A stretch of DNA of 64,000 nucleotides from Geosiphon pyriformis uo1 (Eukaryota; Fungi; Glomeromycota): contig JAAOMT010000741.1 in NCBI GenBank assembly GCA_016748015.1, forward strand, positions 724,120 through 788,119, read 5' to 3'. Below are positions 14,060 to 26,680 of this stretch, piece after piece. The notes under the pieces were generated by a model. That model had not been told where the DNA came from. It made no database searches and was given only the letters and a program-made list of their open reading frames with translations. The position numbers and the translations under genes were made by a program. Position 1 is the stretch's first letter. The number at the start of each line of letters is the position of its first letter.

Positions 14060-14527
14060 CTTAGCCAAAGGTTGTGTGTCAGTCTAATGGCGCGAATAAC
14101 CCAATGCACTTTTGAAAGACTCTGCATTGGGAACATTGAGAGTTGGAACCCTACTGCTCAGCGCAGAGCTGAATTGGAGACTCGCGATTTGATAAAACAC
14201 GTGAATTTGACTTTAATGGGTTCTGGAGGCTCAAATAAATCAAAAAAAAAACACTGACACCTCTGATATCTTTTGTTATGGCTTTTGCCATCGGTGGTTT
14301 ATGGGTACAGATAGTTTTGCTCAGATTTTTAATACAAAATTTATGTCGCGCTGCGGCGATCTGGACCTTATTTGAAGCACAAATTTGTCTAATGTAGTGA
14401 GTGTAGTCTTAACTGGTCCGGGTGGGTAGGAAACGCGTGATTAACGTTTACTTAAACATGTATATGTACTATAAAAGTAGATAGTGGAAGGACTACACTC
14501 GTTTAAGCAATAAAAAATAATAATAAA
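14060..14527 (+). mobile_element. 5'-truncated LINE-like retrotransposon 3' end (copy 1)
   Basis: Peptide WNPTAQRRAELETRDLI aligns with WLPNSKHRVECERRGLI at 26.3 kb. It is followed by a GC-richer 3' segment with an inverted repeat (14399-14410/14489-14500), AATAAA and an A-rich tail. Confidence 0.6.
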
Positions 14528-15094
14528 AGTAATTTTTAATGTTATTGAAAAATATCATAAATCGGCTTTTAAACTTATGATTATTGCCATAATTTAGAAA
14601 AAATTGTATTTTATTATTTTAAAAACACTTTTCAAATTTGGTATAACATGTTTTAAGTAATAAAAATATCAGAAATTGAATAAAATTAGTTGAATTAGTT
14701 GAAATTCAAACTTTTTTATTTAATAATGCAAACAAATTTCATTCAATTTATTGAAAAATTATTATTAATATTTTATACATATATTAATATGGAATATTTT
14801 TCCATTATTTTCTTTTATTAGCTCACATCTCTTTATTGATTTAATTAAATGAAATTAAGTAAAACTCTTTCTAAAATAGCATCCCATTTTTTTACGATAA
14901 ATTTAGATCTGGGTCAGTCCAAAAGTTGAAAGTATTGTTCTTAATGAATTATTGAATAAAATTACTTCTATGCTTAGAATCAATTATCTCGTTGAATTCA
15001 TCATATTTTTCCCATTATTTATTCCTGCGAAACAAAAAGTTTAGTCTTGCCTCTTTTAGAAAAGCCGTCCCATGCAAAAATTTTCGTCCGCCAA

Positions 15095-15345
15095 ATTGTC
15101 TAATACGAAACTGGGTATATTTTTTGTTTCCAACTTGCGCAAAGAAATAGTCAGATTTCGCCATATTGTTTGCCTAATCGAATTTGCCATATTAGCGGTG
15201 ATTTTCCTTGGTCGAGCCGCCAGCTTGGCAAGACTGTCGTATATCGTACGGATTGGAATATTTGTGTCGGTATGGATTACTTTTACCGAATGTACGTCCT
15301 TGTTCCAGAACTACAATATTGTTTCACGTTGTTTTTGAAGATGTG
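15095..15345 (-). mobile_element. Tc1-like transposase N-terminal HTH fragment
   Basis: Minus strand reads KQRETIL*FWNKDVHSVKVIHTDTNIPIRTIYDSLAKL..ARPRKIT, similar to the N-terminus at 54087-53960. Confidence 0.6.
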
Positions 15346-17140
15346 ATTTAGTCGTTATATAAGTGTTTTTTATCGAATAAAAACGGAAAATAAATTAAAC
15401 ATTTATAGGGAAAATAATTAAATTAGTAAAGATACACCTGTTCGATGCCCTATAATTTTTTGCAGATAATTTTAATATCTCCTCGCTGCGTCTTTCATTT
15501 CTTTTCATAGCTTGAAATTGTTTCAAAGCTCTTTGCCACATGACATTATCTATTTTGCCAACCTGAAATATTCCACTAGTAAATGCGCTTTAGGTTGATG
15601 GATGGATGCGCACACGGCAAATAATTAACATTCTATATTGTTTTATCGCTCAAAATGGACGAATTACATGAATCGTCAAATGTCTAAGCACTTAAAACAC
15701 TGGATAGATTGACAAAGTTGCCACTAATTGCAATATTTGGTTGAAAACGAACACGCTTCTTCATCTTTTGCAATCAAATCTCGTGTTACAAATTCTAGAC
15801 ATCTTGATTGATCCAAAATTGTTTCATTTCCTATGAATTTTTCTCACACTTCGAAAAGAGAATTGTAGAACGTGACTGCACATTAATGAACAGTGAATCA
15901 AGAGTCATGGTGTAAGGTTGACAAGCCAAAAGCTCATGAAAACAATAGTATCTCTATGTAAACCATTAGTTATTTACAGCAACATACTAGTAGACCAAGA
16001 GTCTCACACTGTTAGACCAGGAGTTGGTCGCTGTCTGTCAATAGCAACTGCAGCTTTTATATTATTAACAAGAATTAGCAGATTATTGGCTCTTCAACAG
16101 ACGTAATGTATCGTAAAAGCAAAAGAGAAAAAACCGACCTTCGAATTGTATATCAATTGGTGTTTTTTGTTAAGTTCATATGTTCAGCTGGGTTTGCCTG
16201 AAAATCCAGAAACTGATACCTTCACTTTAAAATCTAATGGGTGACTACTCAGATGGGACAGTTTGTGATTTTTCATTAAAAAGTAACCCAGAGAAATTTT
16301 TAGGCATGATTTTCCGTGCAACCCACTTTGGCACGATAATATATTCCCTTTGCTTTCAGTGATGGTTGAAATGAAATAAAAAAGCAAATTCTGTTAAAGA
16401 CGCGTACCACTCACAAAATAAATGGGAAATTTTTTTCTAAAGCAACGTCACTCGACATATATGCCGATAAATTAAATTTTAACATGATTGAAGAAATGGT
16501 TTTCACAAAATATATTTATTTTAAAAATGATAATTCTCTTTTAAGGTAGATAGTTAATTTTTTTTTGAAAGCTTAGTTATTAAAAATAATTATTAAGGGA
16601 TGGTCTGATAAATTGTTCAAAAATTTTTTCTATCTCGATAAAAAGCTATAAAATAAAATTTAAACCATTATAAAATAAGTTTTTTCTTTTCATTCTCCAA
16701 GCTACATTAGTCAGCATTTCAAAAAAAAAAAAAAAGAAAAGAAAAGCATAGCTAGCAATTATTAATAAATTTAAAGGGTTTGCGATAGTTACCAACTGTA
16801 CCTTGACGCATCATTGCAAAATAAATACCCTTCTTTCGAGGAAATAGATGTAAAAACTTTTATATATAAAACCCTTTTGTTTTGCAATTTAAGAATATCA
16901 TCAATTTGTCATTGTTATATTGTTTAAAAGAATAAAGGATGACTGTTCGACTCTTACAATTCAATCTATTGCTACATCATCAAATTATATTGAGAATTGG
17001 AACTTTTGAATAGGGGTTAGTATTCATATTTTTAAGGACAAAGGTTCAACTTTACAAAAAAAATTTTTTTTTTAATAAATATATTTATATAGTTCAATCT
17101 CTATGATTTAATCTTCCCCTTTCTAAACAAGCTCTCTCGT

Positions 17141-18453
17141 ATGGAAGAATTTCAAGATATTAAAGTTGCTCAAGGTATATTTATTTTTGCAAACTTTTTC
17201 ATCTATTTATCCTAACTAAAATATAATTTTTTTTATTCATTTTACCTTCCAAATAATCAAAGCCTCTGCTCAAATATTTTCGAATTATCATTTATTTTAC
17301 CTTCTCACACTTTGGCTTTGCTCTCGTACAATTGAGAAATTTCTTCAACATACTCAACCGAAACTTGAAACAGTTCACCGGAAAAATTGTACAACTTATA
17401 TCCTCGAAATCATTTTCACGACATTAACTCTATTGATTCAAGTTAGAATTTGTCCGATCTTTGGCACTTTCTCGCTCCCAGATGGCGATTACAAGTCGGA
17501 ACAATGGTGTCAACTATTTATTGTGGATTTGTAAGCTTAAAAAATTGTAAGAGTGCTCTTTTTGGTGGAGGATATCTACAATTTATTAATAGAATTCTTG
17601 CTTTCCAGGCATATTTTTGAATTAATCTTTTTGAGAATGAGACTATCGTTGATAATTGAACGTGTTATTTTGATCACTCTTAGCGGATCAATTTTTCATG
17701 TAATCAGTGAGACGTGAGTGTTTTTTCAATAATTTATTTAATATCTTTCAGCTTGATTCCTAGGAATCCTTTAATTCTATTTTTTAAAAATAATACACAT
17801 CAGTGGAAATCTTCAACTCTACTCTCTTGCCATGATAATACTTTTTTATGCGACCACTGAACAATTGACTTTTTTCGGTTTATTCTTGTATCGGTTGAAA
17901 CAATCCTGGGCAACTCCAATTTTATTTTTTTCAGGGGTACAAGTTCTCATCACGAAAATTGGTACTATTGCCTGGGGATTAACATTTTGGGGTCGAAATA
18001 TCCGGCTACATCAAAGTACACGCTCATAAATTTTATGCTCAACTTTGCACAATTCTGATACTGATCAAAAACCAAATAAATGACATTTTCTCTATTTCAC
18101 ATTTTAAAGATCAAAGTTCACAACTATTTCTATTCAACATAATTTTTCCACTTCTCGTCTTTGGCCTTTTCATTTCAGCAATCTGGTCGACATATATCAT
18201 TTGGTTTATCGCGATGCGCTCTCGGTTTGCACAAAGTTCCACGATAAAAAGTGATTTCAATGTCGATCCATGCAAATTTACCAGTCATTCTAAGGATGTT
18301 TCAAAATTTACTGGAATTAACAATAAATCAGACATTGTACATATTAAAGATCGTATATTTCATTGTGAAAGTTCTGAGATTACTATTTATATAGATGATT
18401 GCGAAAGCATAGATTTAGATGAAAAAGAAAATGATAGTGCAACTATCAATTAA
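17141..18453 (+). CDS. Uncharacterised multi-pass membrane protein (possibly TLC-like), 5 exons (17141-17174, 17263-17530, 17609-17713, 17804-18015, 18110-18453), ~320 aa
   Basis: Four GT..AG introns of 78-94 nt all keep frame and give a stop-free 963-nt CDS. It has several hydrophobic segments (TYILEIIFTT, HIFELIFLRMRLSLII, ATTEQLTFFGLFLYRL, IWSTYIIWFI). The true start may be further upstream (acceptor-like AAG at 17131). Confidence 0.75.
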
Positions 18454-19759
18454 GAACTTTTTAAAAAATAAGATTAGAATAAAAATTTAAGGTAACAATA
18501 TATAATTTAAAAAAATTGATCATTATTTTTATCAGTCAATTTTCTTTGAAAGCAAATTCACAATTATGAAGCCTGAAACCTTGACCTTTTTCATTTTAGA
18601 TTCACTATTATCGCTCGCAAAAACTAACATGAGATGCATTTTGAACGAGAATGTTTTGAAGAAAAGCTGGTTTAACAACTTTTAATAACAAAGTTTTATA
18701 TATAACACTAAAAAATACATATGGATCAGATAAAAACTATTTAAACAGTATAAATAAAATTTATAATGAATTTAATTTCGTGATAAAAGTAAACAAAAAT
18801 CTTATTTTTATGAAAGTAAATACAACTATGACGCTAAAAATGTGATTTCGAAAAAAGTTAAAATAAAAAAACTGAAATAATTCGGGTATTAACCCAAATT
18901 TTAAACAAAAAAAAACATTAAAAACATTGTTATGTTATCATTGTCAACCAAAAAGCCATATATTATGAAGTCAAAAAAATATTACTATTTAAACAATAAT
19001 ATATATAATTAGCAGAAATCAAATCAAATTAAAATAAAAAGATTTTTTAATGTTTAAAAAAATTAAGTATTGCAAAATACAGTTAATTAGTATATAATAA
19101 AGATAATCATAATATATATATACCAAATTTGAAATAATAAATAAAGCTAATGTGATTATGAAAAACCTATAGTTATTTATTATTTGAAATATGTTAAAGA
19201 GGTGTAAAAAGAATATATTTAATATTAAACTCCAAGCAATTTTATAAATGACAAGTAAAACAAAGAAACATTTTATGTTGTAATTTTATATTTAAATGCT
19301 TAACTATATTATTTACTACAATATTTATTGCTTAGTTGAAATTATGTAACGAATAAAATAATGTAGCAAAAAATATGATAATATAAAAAACAAAATTAAA
19401 TATCTTAAATTAATAAATTTAAAAACTTTTATCAACTTTAAATTTTTTTTGATTGATGTGTTAAATAGATTTTTAGATTAAAATGATTTTTTAAATGGTT
19501 GCTCAACATTTTTTTGAAATTCTTAATCAAAAAACAAAGTGAATTTTTAAGCCTTGTTTTATTACAATGTTACGAAAATAAGTTTCCAATAAAATATATT
19601 AGAAACATGAATGAAACACTGTTAACTTTTGATTTTTTTTTGTTTAAAACTTTTAAATAATGTGGTTCCAAGGCATTTTGTATTTGAACAGCAGAATATA
19701 AAAAAACTTGGTTTATCATAATTCTTAGATGTATTGTCAATGGTACAAAATTTCTTTCT

Positions 19760-20230
19760 ATATATATTTTCAAACTAAAAAAACATTTCATATGAAAACT
19801 TTTTTCAAGGTGTTATTATCTAAGCCAATGAAAAAAATGGCGTAATAAACAAAAAATGTACTAAACATAATGAAATAGAAAATCTAAACTTTTTTTCTTT
19901 GGATTCAGTTAGAGACTATTTGGTTGAATTAATTAAACAAAATTTCAAAAAAATACTTGTCTTGCAGTCATTCCAGGTGGATTGACTAGCAAACTTCAAC
20001 TATTGAATGTTACTATTAACAAATGTCTCAAAAAAAAAAGGCAACTTAATTATTTTTATATATATGATTGTTATAATAGATTAATGGTCAATGAAATTCA
20101 TCAATTAACGCTGGGCTGGACATATTCGAAAAACCATAATATGCAATGAGTTAAAGAATTATAGAATAATATTGATCTTAACTTAATTAGGAAAGCATTC
20201 AAATATTGTGGCGTTTCAGTAAAATAGAAT
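19760..20230 (+). mobile_element. Degenerate pogo/Tigger-type (DDE_1) transposase fragment
   Basis: LAVIPGGLTSKLQLLNVTINK (~19962-20025) matches the pogo IPGG.T..LQPLDV.IN motif. LDS lies upstream and KAFKYCGVS downstream. Confidence 0.7.
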
Positions 20231-21869
20231 ATGAATTGGTGTTTGATTATGAAGGTTTAGTAGAAGAAAATAGTTAAGAAATTTTGGTGTTGATTAGAGG
20301 TATTGGATAAATAAATAAATTTTTTGTTGTTGTTGTTGTACCCGGGTATTCCCCATTGTATAGGGGTATAATTCTTTGAACTATACTATGTAAAGTACCT
20401 GAGTCTAAATCAAAAATCGAACCCAAAAATTAATAAAGGGTATAAATCATATTGGGATCTAGGGTATTTTAAGGAAAGCTCAAATAACTAACAGGGATAA
20501 CCAAGCCGATATTAAAAAAAATCGATGATAAAGCCAAGTCAAGAGGATATTAACTACTAATCGACAGGATTTATTGAGAACGTTATTTAAATTTATTATT
20601 ATCACCCTACTTTTTTTAACGCAAATAATACAAGGGTATTAAGTTATTCCAGTGGAGCAAGCAGAAGTCGAGAACAGGAAATTATCAAAGAACTAATGAC
20701 CTAATTGAAATTGATTAAATAGTAGACTGTTGTCCAGAAACTAATTTTCAGAGCTATCAAGTATTGTTCCCGATGATCAAACAGTAAAACACAAGAATGT
20801 AAATTTATACCATCAGTGAAAAATCAAATATTTGTATACAGTCATGGGAAAGTAATGACGGACGATTTTTCTTTGGATCGTAACACAAACCATCCTTTTT
20901 CCACCAGCCCAATAAACACGGGGGGGGGGGGATAAGGTTTTTTTTCACCATTCCTTTTTAATGTCATGCTTCATAACAGCCCTAAAATTTCAATGGTGCT
21001 GAAGTTTGGGTTATATTATTGCCATGCCAGAACAGGACATGTAAGTCTTGCTAGGAGGTCATGACGTACATCATTAGATTAGAGGTGTATTTTGAATTAT
21101 TATCCTGCTGGAATCACTAATACATATTTCACAAACAGAGTAAGATAGGATGATTCAAATTCTCCGTGAATACATGAAAATCAAATCTTGGTGCTGAAGG
21201 TTGGCCATCATGTGATCATGTCAAACAGGTGTTTCGGAATATCTACCAGCTATAATGATAATTTCACACAACCATTGGAAGCGTCCTGGATAGTTCGTTA
21301 GCCAACTTCGAAGCCCGGATACATTTCTTCGAGCCGTGCTCGGCTGCTATAACGAAATGATTTCCGTGAACGATTTTATGAATCTTGTGACGTTTTCGAG
21401 GAGTAAGCTTGCGTGAGCGGCCAAGACGATGAATATAAGTTCTTGCGAAGGAGGGAAATTTCGGTTACACTACGCCAAAAAGTATTAGATGAATTTTTTT
21501 AAGTGAAAAATGATTGGAAAGACAAAATAGATGCCAGCGGGAAACAAATAGGAAGTTGGCTATATCAGAGGTAAACAAAGATAACATTATGCGTCGCCCT
21601 GTTTTTGAAAAGAGGTCAGCAGCACCACAGGGACTAAAAAATATTTTATTTTAGCCATGTGAATTAACAATAACTTCACATTCGTTTTGACTATTTAAAG
21701 TTCAATTTGATAATTATAAATGTATGCATACGGCGTAAAAGATTGAAAAAATCGGGCATATTATTATGATCAATCTGAAACAGAATTTTCATTCCTGACA
21801 TGCGATTCTATCTTAAACGTTGGTTGGCTAGTACACGAAAGGAATTAAAGTTTGCAATAGAGTAAAAAA

Positions 21870-22724
21870 GGAAAACCAGGTGATGAGTTTGCAGCAGAGT
21901 AGAAAAGGAAAACCAGGTGATGATAAAGTAGTTTAAATTTTCTTTTGCTTTCTTGGCATTTGAACACTAAAATTTTTGAAAAGATGCACAAATATTTATG
22001 TTACAAAATAATTAATAAAAGACAATTTTTTATAGAATTTCATTTTTAAAGACTCTTTAAAGAATCTTTTGATTATTCTTAATTCTTATTCCTTGGTAAA
22101 TTCAAGTGGTCGATTAAAAACTATAATGAATCTACTCATTAATGAAACAAGTATGTGATCTTTACCAATTTTATTAAACATTTATTAAGAAAGGTAATTT
22201 CCCAGTTAGGTGAATTGATTAACCAAATTATGTTATGTAATTTACCTTTGAAGTATGCTCGTTAAATTCATTCAAAACTAGATTCGGTAAAACAAAAGAA
22301 CTTTTGATTCCATAATTAATTACATGTGCAAAACTCACGAAATTAATTGATCCAAGTCTTTGATTTGTGTTTTTTTAAAAATCTAACTTTCATTTGCGCT
22401 TAGATTTCGAGACAAGTTTTTTTCTTGAATTGATACATATGTACTCAACATATTGTGTAATGTGGGATTTTTGAATCAACAAAAAAAAAAGGAAAAACCA
22501 GGTGGGTTGTAACTTTTTGACATGTTCATGTGTCCTATATTCATCATCATTCCCAGAACGGTAAAGTCGAAAACCCAAAGGAGAAAACTTATTGGTTATC
22601 AATTTTTGATAATTTTTTGTCCTTCGGAATGATATGAAGTCCTAGGTAGAAAGCTTTAATCTAACTGGTTTCTTTAATTTCTGAAAAAGTCAATGATTTT
22701 CAATGTAAACTCACCTGGTTTTCC
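21870..22724. promoter_or_regulatory. Four copies of GGAAAA(A)CCAGGTG upstream of the sulfate permease
   Basis: Copies at 21870-21882 and 21907-21919 (within a 37-bp tandem duplication), 22491-22504, and reverse-complemented at 22712-22724. Confidence 0.45.
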
Positions 22725-23313
22725 GTTTTTGTAATAATTAAGTTCGTGTAAAAAATTGGATAAGATCAAAAAAAACTTAAATTTAAATTTTTTTAATCGA
22801 GGAATTATAAAAAGATATTTCCGATTTAATTGGATTGTTAGATTTTAGGCGGAAATTTGAAATTTTTATTTTTAATTCGAATTCATACTCTAAAAGCATC
22901 TAGAAAATACTCTTGTAACAAAAAGAAAGTTTAGATGAAAAAAAATATCGAGAAATCTTATTTTGAAAACCATTCTCATTCATATATTTAGATATATTTA
23001 AATAATAATTATATGCAAAAAAAAACAAAAACAAAAAAGAGTTAACTTAAATTCAAGGTAAATACGATAATCTGACCGGGTATAAATTAAATAAGATTTT
23101 CCGAAAACAAAGGCTGAATTTGTACATTGAAATAAGTTTTTAATTCAAAGTTCAAAGTTTGCGTAACTTTTAGAAATACTAAGTTTATATTTGTGCTTCT
23201 GAACTAGTAAGAATATTTAAAGAGAGATTACCAGGCTTTGTTTTCAAAACCCTTCTTTTTCATTTTCCTGGCTCTTCATGTTATGATTTTGCCTTTTAAT
23301 TATTATTACTATT

Positions 23314-25830
23314 ATGTCCGAAAAGGCTTTATTACCTTTCCCTGAATCACGTCCAGGTCTCAAAGAAAAGATTAAAGATATTGCAAAAAATTTCTCTAAT
23401 TACACTCATAGTTATGTAAAATCACTTTTTCCAATTGTTGGTTGGATAGGACAATATAATCTAACATGGCTATCTGGTGATATGGTTGCCGGTTTCTCTG
23501 CCGCTTCTGTGGTTATTCCTCAAGGATTGGCTTATGCAACCATTGTTGGAGTACCATTGCAATACGGACTCTATTCTTCTTTCGTCGGGGTTTTCTTTTA
23601 TTCCTTATTTGCAACTTCAAAGGACATTACAATTGGACCAACGATTGCTTTATCGCTTATCACTGGGCAAGGTGTTACTAAAATTCTGGAGCACACAAAG
23701 GTAAATTTATTTACCTTTTTTTGAAAATTAGAGATTTTGGATTAAAAAAATTTTCAAAATTCTTTCTTAATTAAATTTTAGGAATATGAAAAATTTGAAA
23801 TTGCTTCTTGCTTTGCCTTAATCACTGGATTGATTTCAATTTTTATCGGTTTATTACGCCTTCGAATTGTGGTTGATTTCATTCCAGCACCAGTTGTTAG
23901 CGGCTTTACTTCTGGATTCGTTCTCATAATTGTCGGTACTTCTATTCCAAAACTTCTTGGGATCAAGAAAATCTCGAGTAGTCAGGCCTCCTACTTGGTT
24001 TTCAAAAATTCATTTGATAAAATTGAAGAAACTAAATGGACAGATTTTTTAATGGGATTTTCTGCTTTAATTTATCTTTATGCCATAAAATATGGGTGCA
24101 GATATGCCATAAAAAGATGGCCAAAATATAAAAAATTTTTTTTCTTTGTTAGTATAGTTCGTTTTATTACCTCGATCCTTATCATGGGATTTATTGCTTG
24201 GTTACTGAGTGATCAAGGTAGAAAAGATCCTCCTGTCTCAATCTTAAAAAAGGTCCCAAGTGGTTTGCATTTTGGAATTCCGCGAATTACCTGGGATCTT
24301 GTAAAACGTATGGTAGAGTTTTTGCCTGGTGTAACTCTCATTTTAATTTTGGAACACATCTCAATCGCAAAAAATTTTGGGAGAATTAATGACTATCGAG
24401 GTATTTTTTTTTTAAAAAAAAAAAAAATGATTGAGAATTTTGTTAGAACTTTTTATTGATATTAATGCTTCTTTTTCTTAAAACCTCAGTCGATCCAAGT
24501 CAAGAATTTATTGCGATCGGTCTTACAAACACTCTTGGGACATTTTTCGGTGGATTCCCTACTACCGGATCTTTTACTCGTACCGCGATAAAAGCTAAGG
24601 CTGGTGTTCGAACTCCGTTAGCTGGAATTTTTTCTGGAGCTTTGGTTTTAATAGCCCTTTATTTTTTGACTCCTGCATTTTATTATATCCCTGATTCAGC
24701 TCTTGGGTACATACTACTATTTATTATTATTATCAATATTATGAATGGGAATATTTGAAAACTAAAATGATTTTTTATTTTATTATAGTGCCCTTGTTTT
24801 TCATGCAGTGATTGATATGTTTTCAAGGTTTTCATACATGAAATATCTATTTAAAACTCAATGTAAGTTCCCTATTAATTACAAACTTAATAGTTTTGAA
24901 AATTTATGAGTTAACTTTCATCTAAATAAGTTAAATAAATTTCATTACAGTCTGGGATTTTGTAGTTTTTATTATGACTCTGGTTTTCACATTCTTTTTT
25001 AACATTGCTGTGAGTATTCATCAAGTTTCTTTAAAACAATTCAAAGCTTGATTTAATTTAAAATCTTTCAGATTGGAATTTATGTCGGAACCGCAGTTGC
25101 ATTTCTGGTGTTAATGGTCCGTATTAGTCGTCCACCTCTTGAAGCTTTAGGTCGTGTCATTTTAAAAAGCGCTAATGAAACAAAAGTATCGGAGAAAGAA
25201 TACGCTTACGTACCTATTGGACATCCTTCATTTAAATCCGCCAGGAACCCTTCTGATGGTGTAATAATTTTTCGATTTGAAGAATCTCTCCTCTACCCAA
25301 ATGCCAATTATTCGGTTGAAAAGATTATCGATTATGTTAAATGTAATACTCGTCGAATTCATCGACCGGCCGAAAAAAAGGGAGATCGACCATGGAATGA
25401 CTCCAGAAAATTATCAAAAGAAAAAGAAGAATTTCATCAGAACTTACCAAGGCTCCGTGCTTTGATTTTTGATTGTTGCGCCGTACGCATTATAGATTCC
25501 ACAGGAGTACAAGCTTTGTTCGATATTAAAAATGACCTAAATAAATACGCGGGTCATGAGGTTGAATACCATTTTGCCAATATTCTAGATAGCAATATTC
25601 AAGCTATCTTGTTAGAAGCCAGTTTTAGAAGTTCCGGTAAAGGTGCAAAACAGCTCGTTGCTCCTGGTAGCACAAGTGATAGGGACCAAAAGCGTCTAGA
25701 AGCTTCTAAATCAAAAGATGAAGAAAGTGGTGAAGTAAACGCAGAAAAATCGATAACAAGTCAAACGCCAAAAAATTTTCTCCATTTGACTTTGAACGAA
25801 GCAATAGAAGCGGTCAACGTTAACTGGTAA
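23314..25830 (+). CDS. SulP/SLC26 sulfate permease with C-terminal STAS domain, 6 exons (23314-23700, 23782-24400, 24490-24706, 24789-24862, 24951-25009, 25072-25830), ~704 aa
   Basis: SulP motifs GDMVAG..VIPQGLAYA, GLYSSF, GFTSG, EHISIAKNFGRINDY, QEFIAIG, TGSFTRTAI..GVRTPLAG; STAS motifs FRFEESLLYPNA and LIFDCCAVRIIDSTG. All five introns are GT..AG and in frame. Confidence 0.93.
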
Positions 25831-26169
25831 TTCAAGGAAACTTTGTTTTTTTTAAACAAGACTAGATTTTACCAAATTTCCTTCTCTCTAATTTTACCCG
25901 CAAAGATAAAAATTTACTTTCTGAAGATCATATTCTTGAATCAGCTTCCTTCTAGCTATATTGAATACTTTTAATTTTTATGATACTCGATATCTTTCAA
26001 TTTAAACCCTTTGAGATAAACTTTTGATTATAGATTGGCTGACGATTTTTTAATAATTAAAAATTTAAAAACATAGTTTACTTTTTATGTTTTGCAACGA
26101 TTATTATTATTATTACTATAAAATTGTTATTAAATTATTTTATTAAATTATTTTATAATAAAATAATTT

Positions 26170-26680
26170 AAGGGTTTGGTGTTCAAAGATTGGTATAAGG
26201 AATTCCTTGGTCATTTTGGAGCTGCGGACCTAGTGTCATCTGAGGTCGTGGATTTCCTTCAGACTTTGGCTCTGAATTATTGGGAGAATATCTGGTTGCC
26301 CAACTCCAAACACAGGGTGGAATGTGAGAGGAGGGGTCTGATTGATAAGCATTTTGTAGTTCTCGATGTGGTAGGTTACTCATCGTTGATGGATACTGGT
26401 GGGGCTCGCTTGACCGGTTTTGTTCTTGGACTTTGGTTACAGGGGTCGTTTATGTTTGGTTTCAGATTTCAGCTTAATTTTGTTAGGTTTATTGGGATCC
26501 TTTGATGCTCAATAAGGATGTGAGTGTACAGTGTAGTCTTGACCGGCTCGGGTGGCTGGTCACATATAGTAAATGCGTGAGCCACACCTTTTGTATGTTG
26601 AATTTTTCATTGTACGATTAGAGGTAGTGGTTGGACCACACTTTGTTATAGCAGAATAAAAAAATAAAAAATAATAACAA
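26170..26680 (+). mobile_element. 5'-truncated LINE-like retrotransposon 3' end (copy 2)
   Basis: GC-richer island in AT-rich DNA encoding KGLVFKDWY...IWLPNSKHRVECERRGLI (I recall this as resembling glomeromycotan LINE ORF C-termini; not searched). It has a structured 3' segment, AATAAA and an A-rich tail. Possible TSD AATAATTTA at 26162-26170/26679-26687 (weak, AT-rich). Confidence 0.65.
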
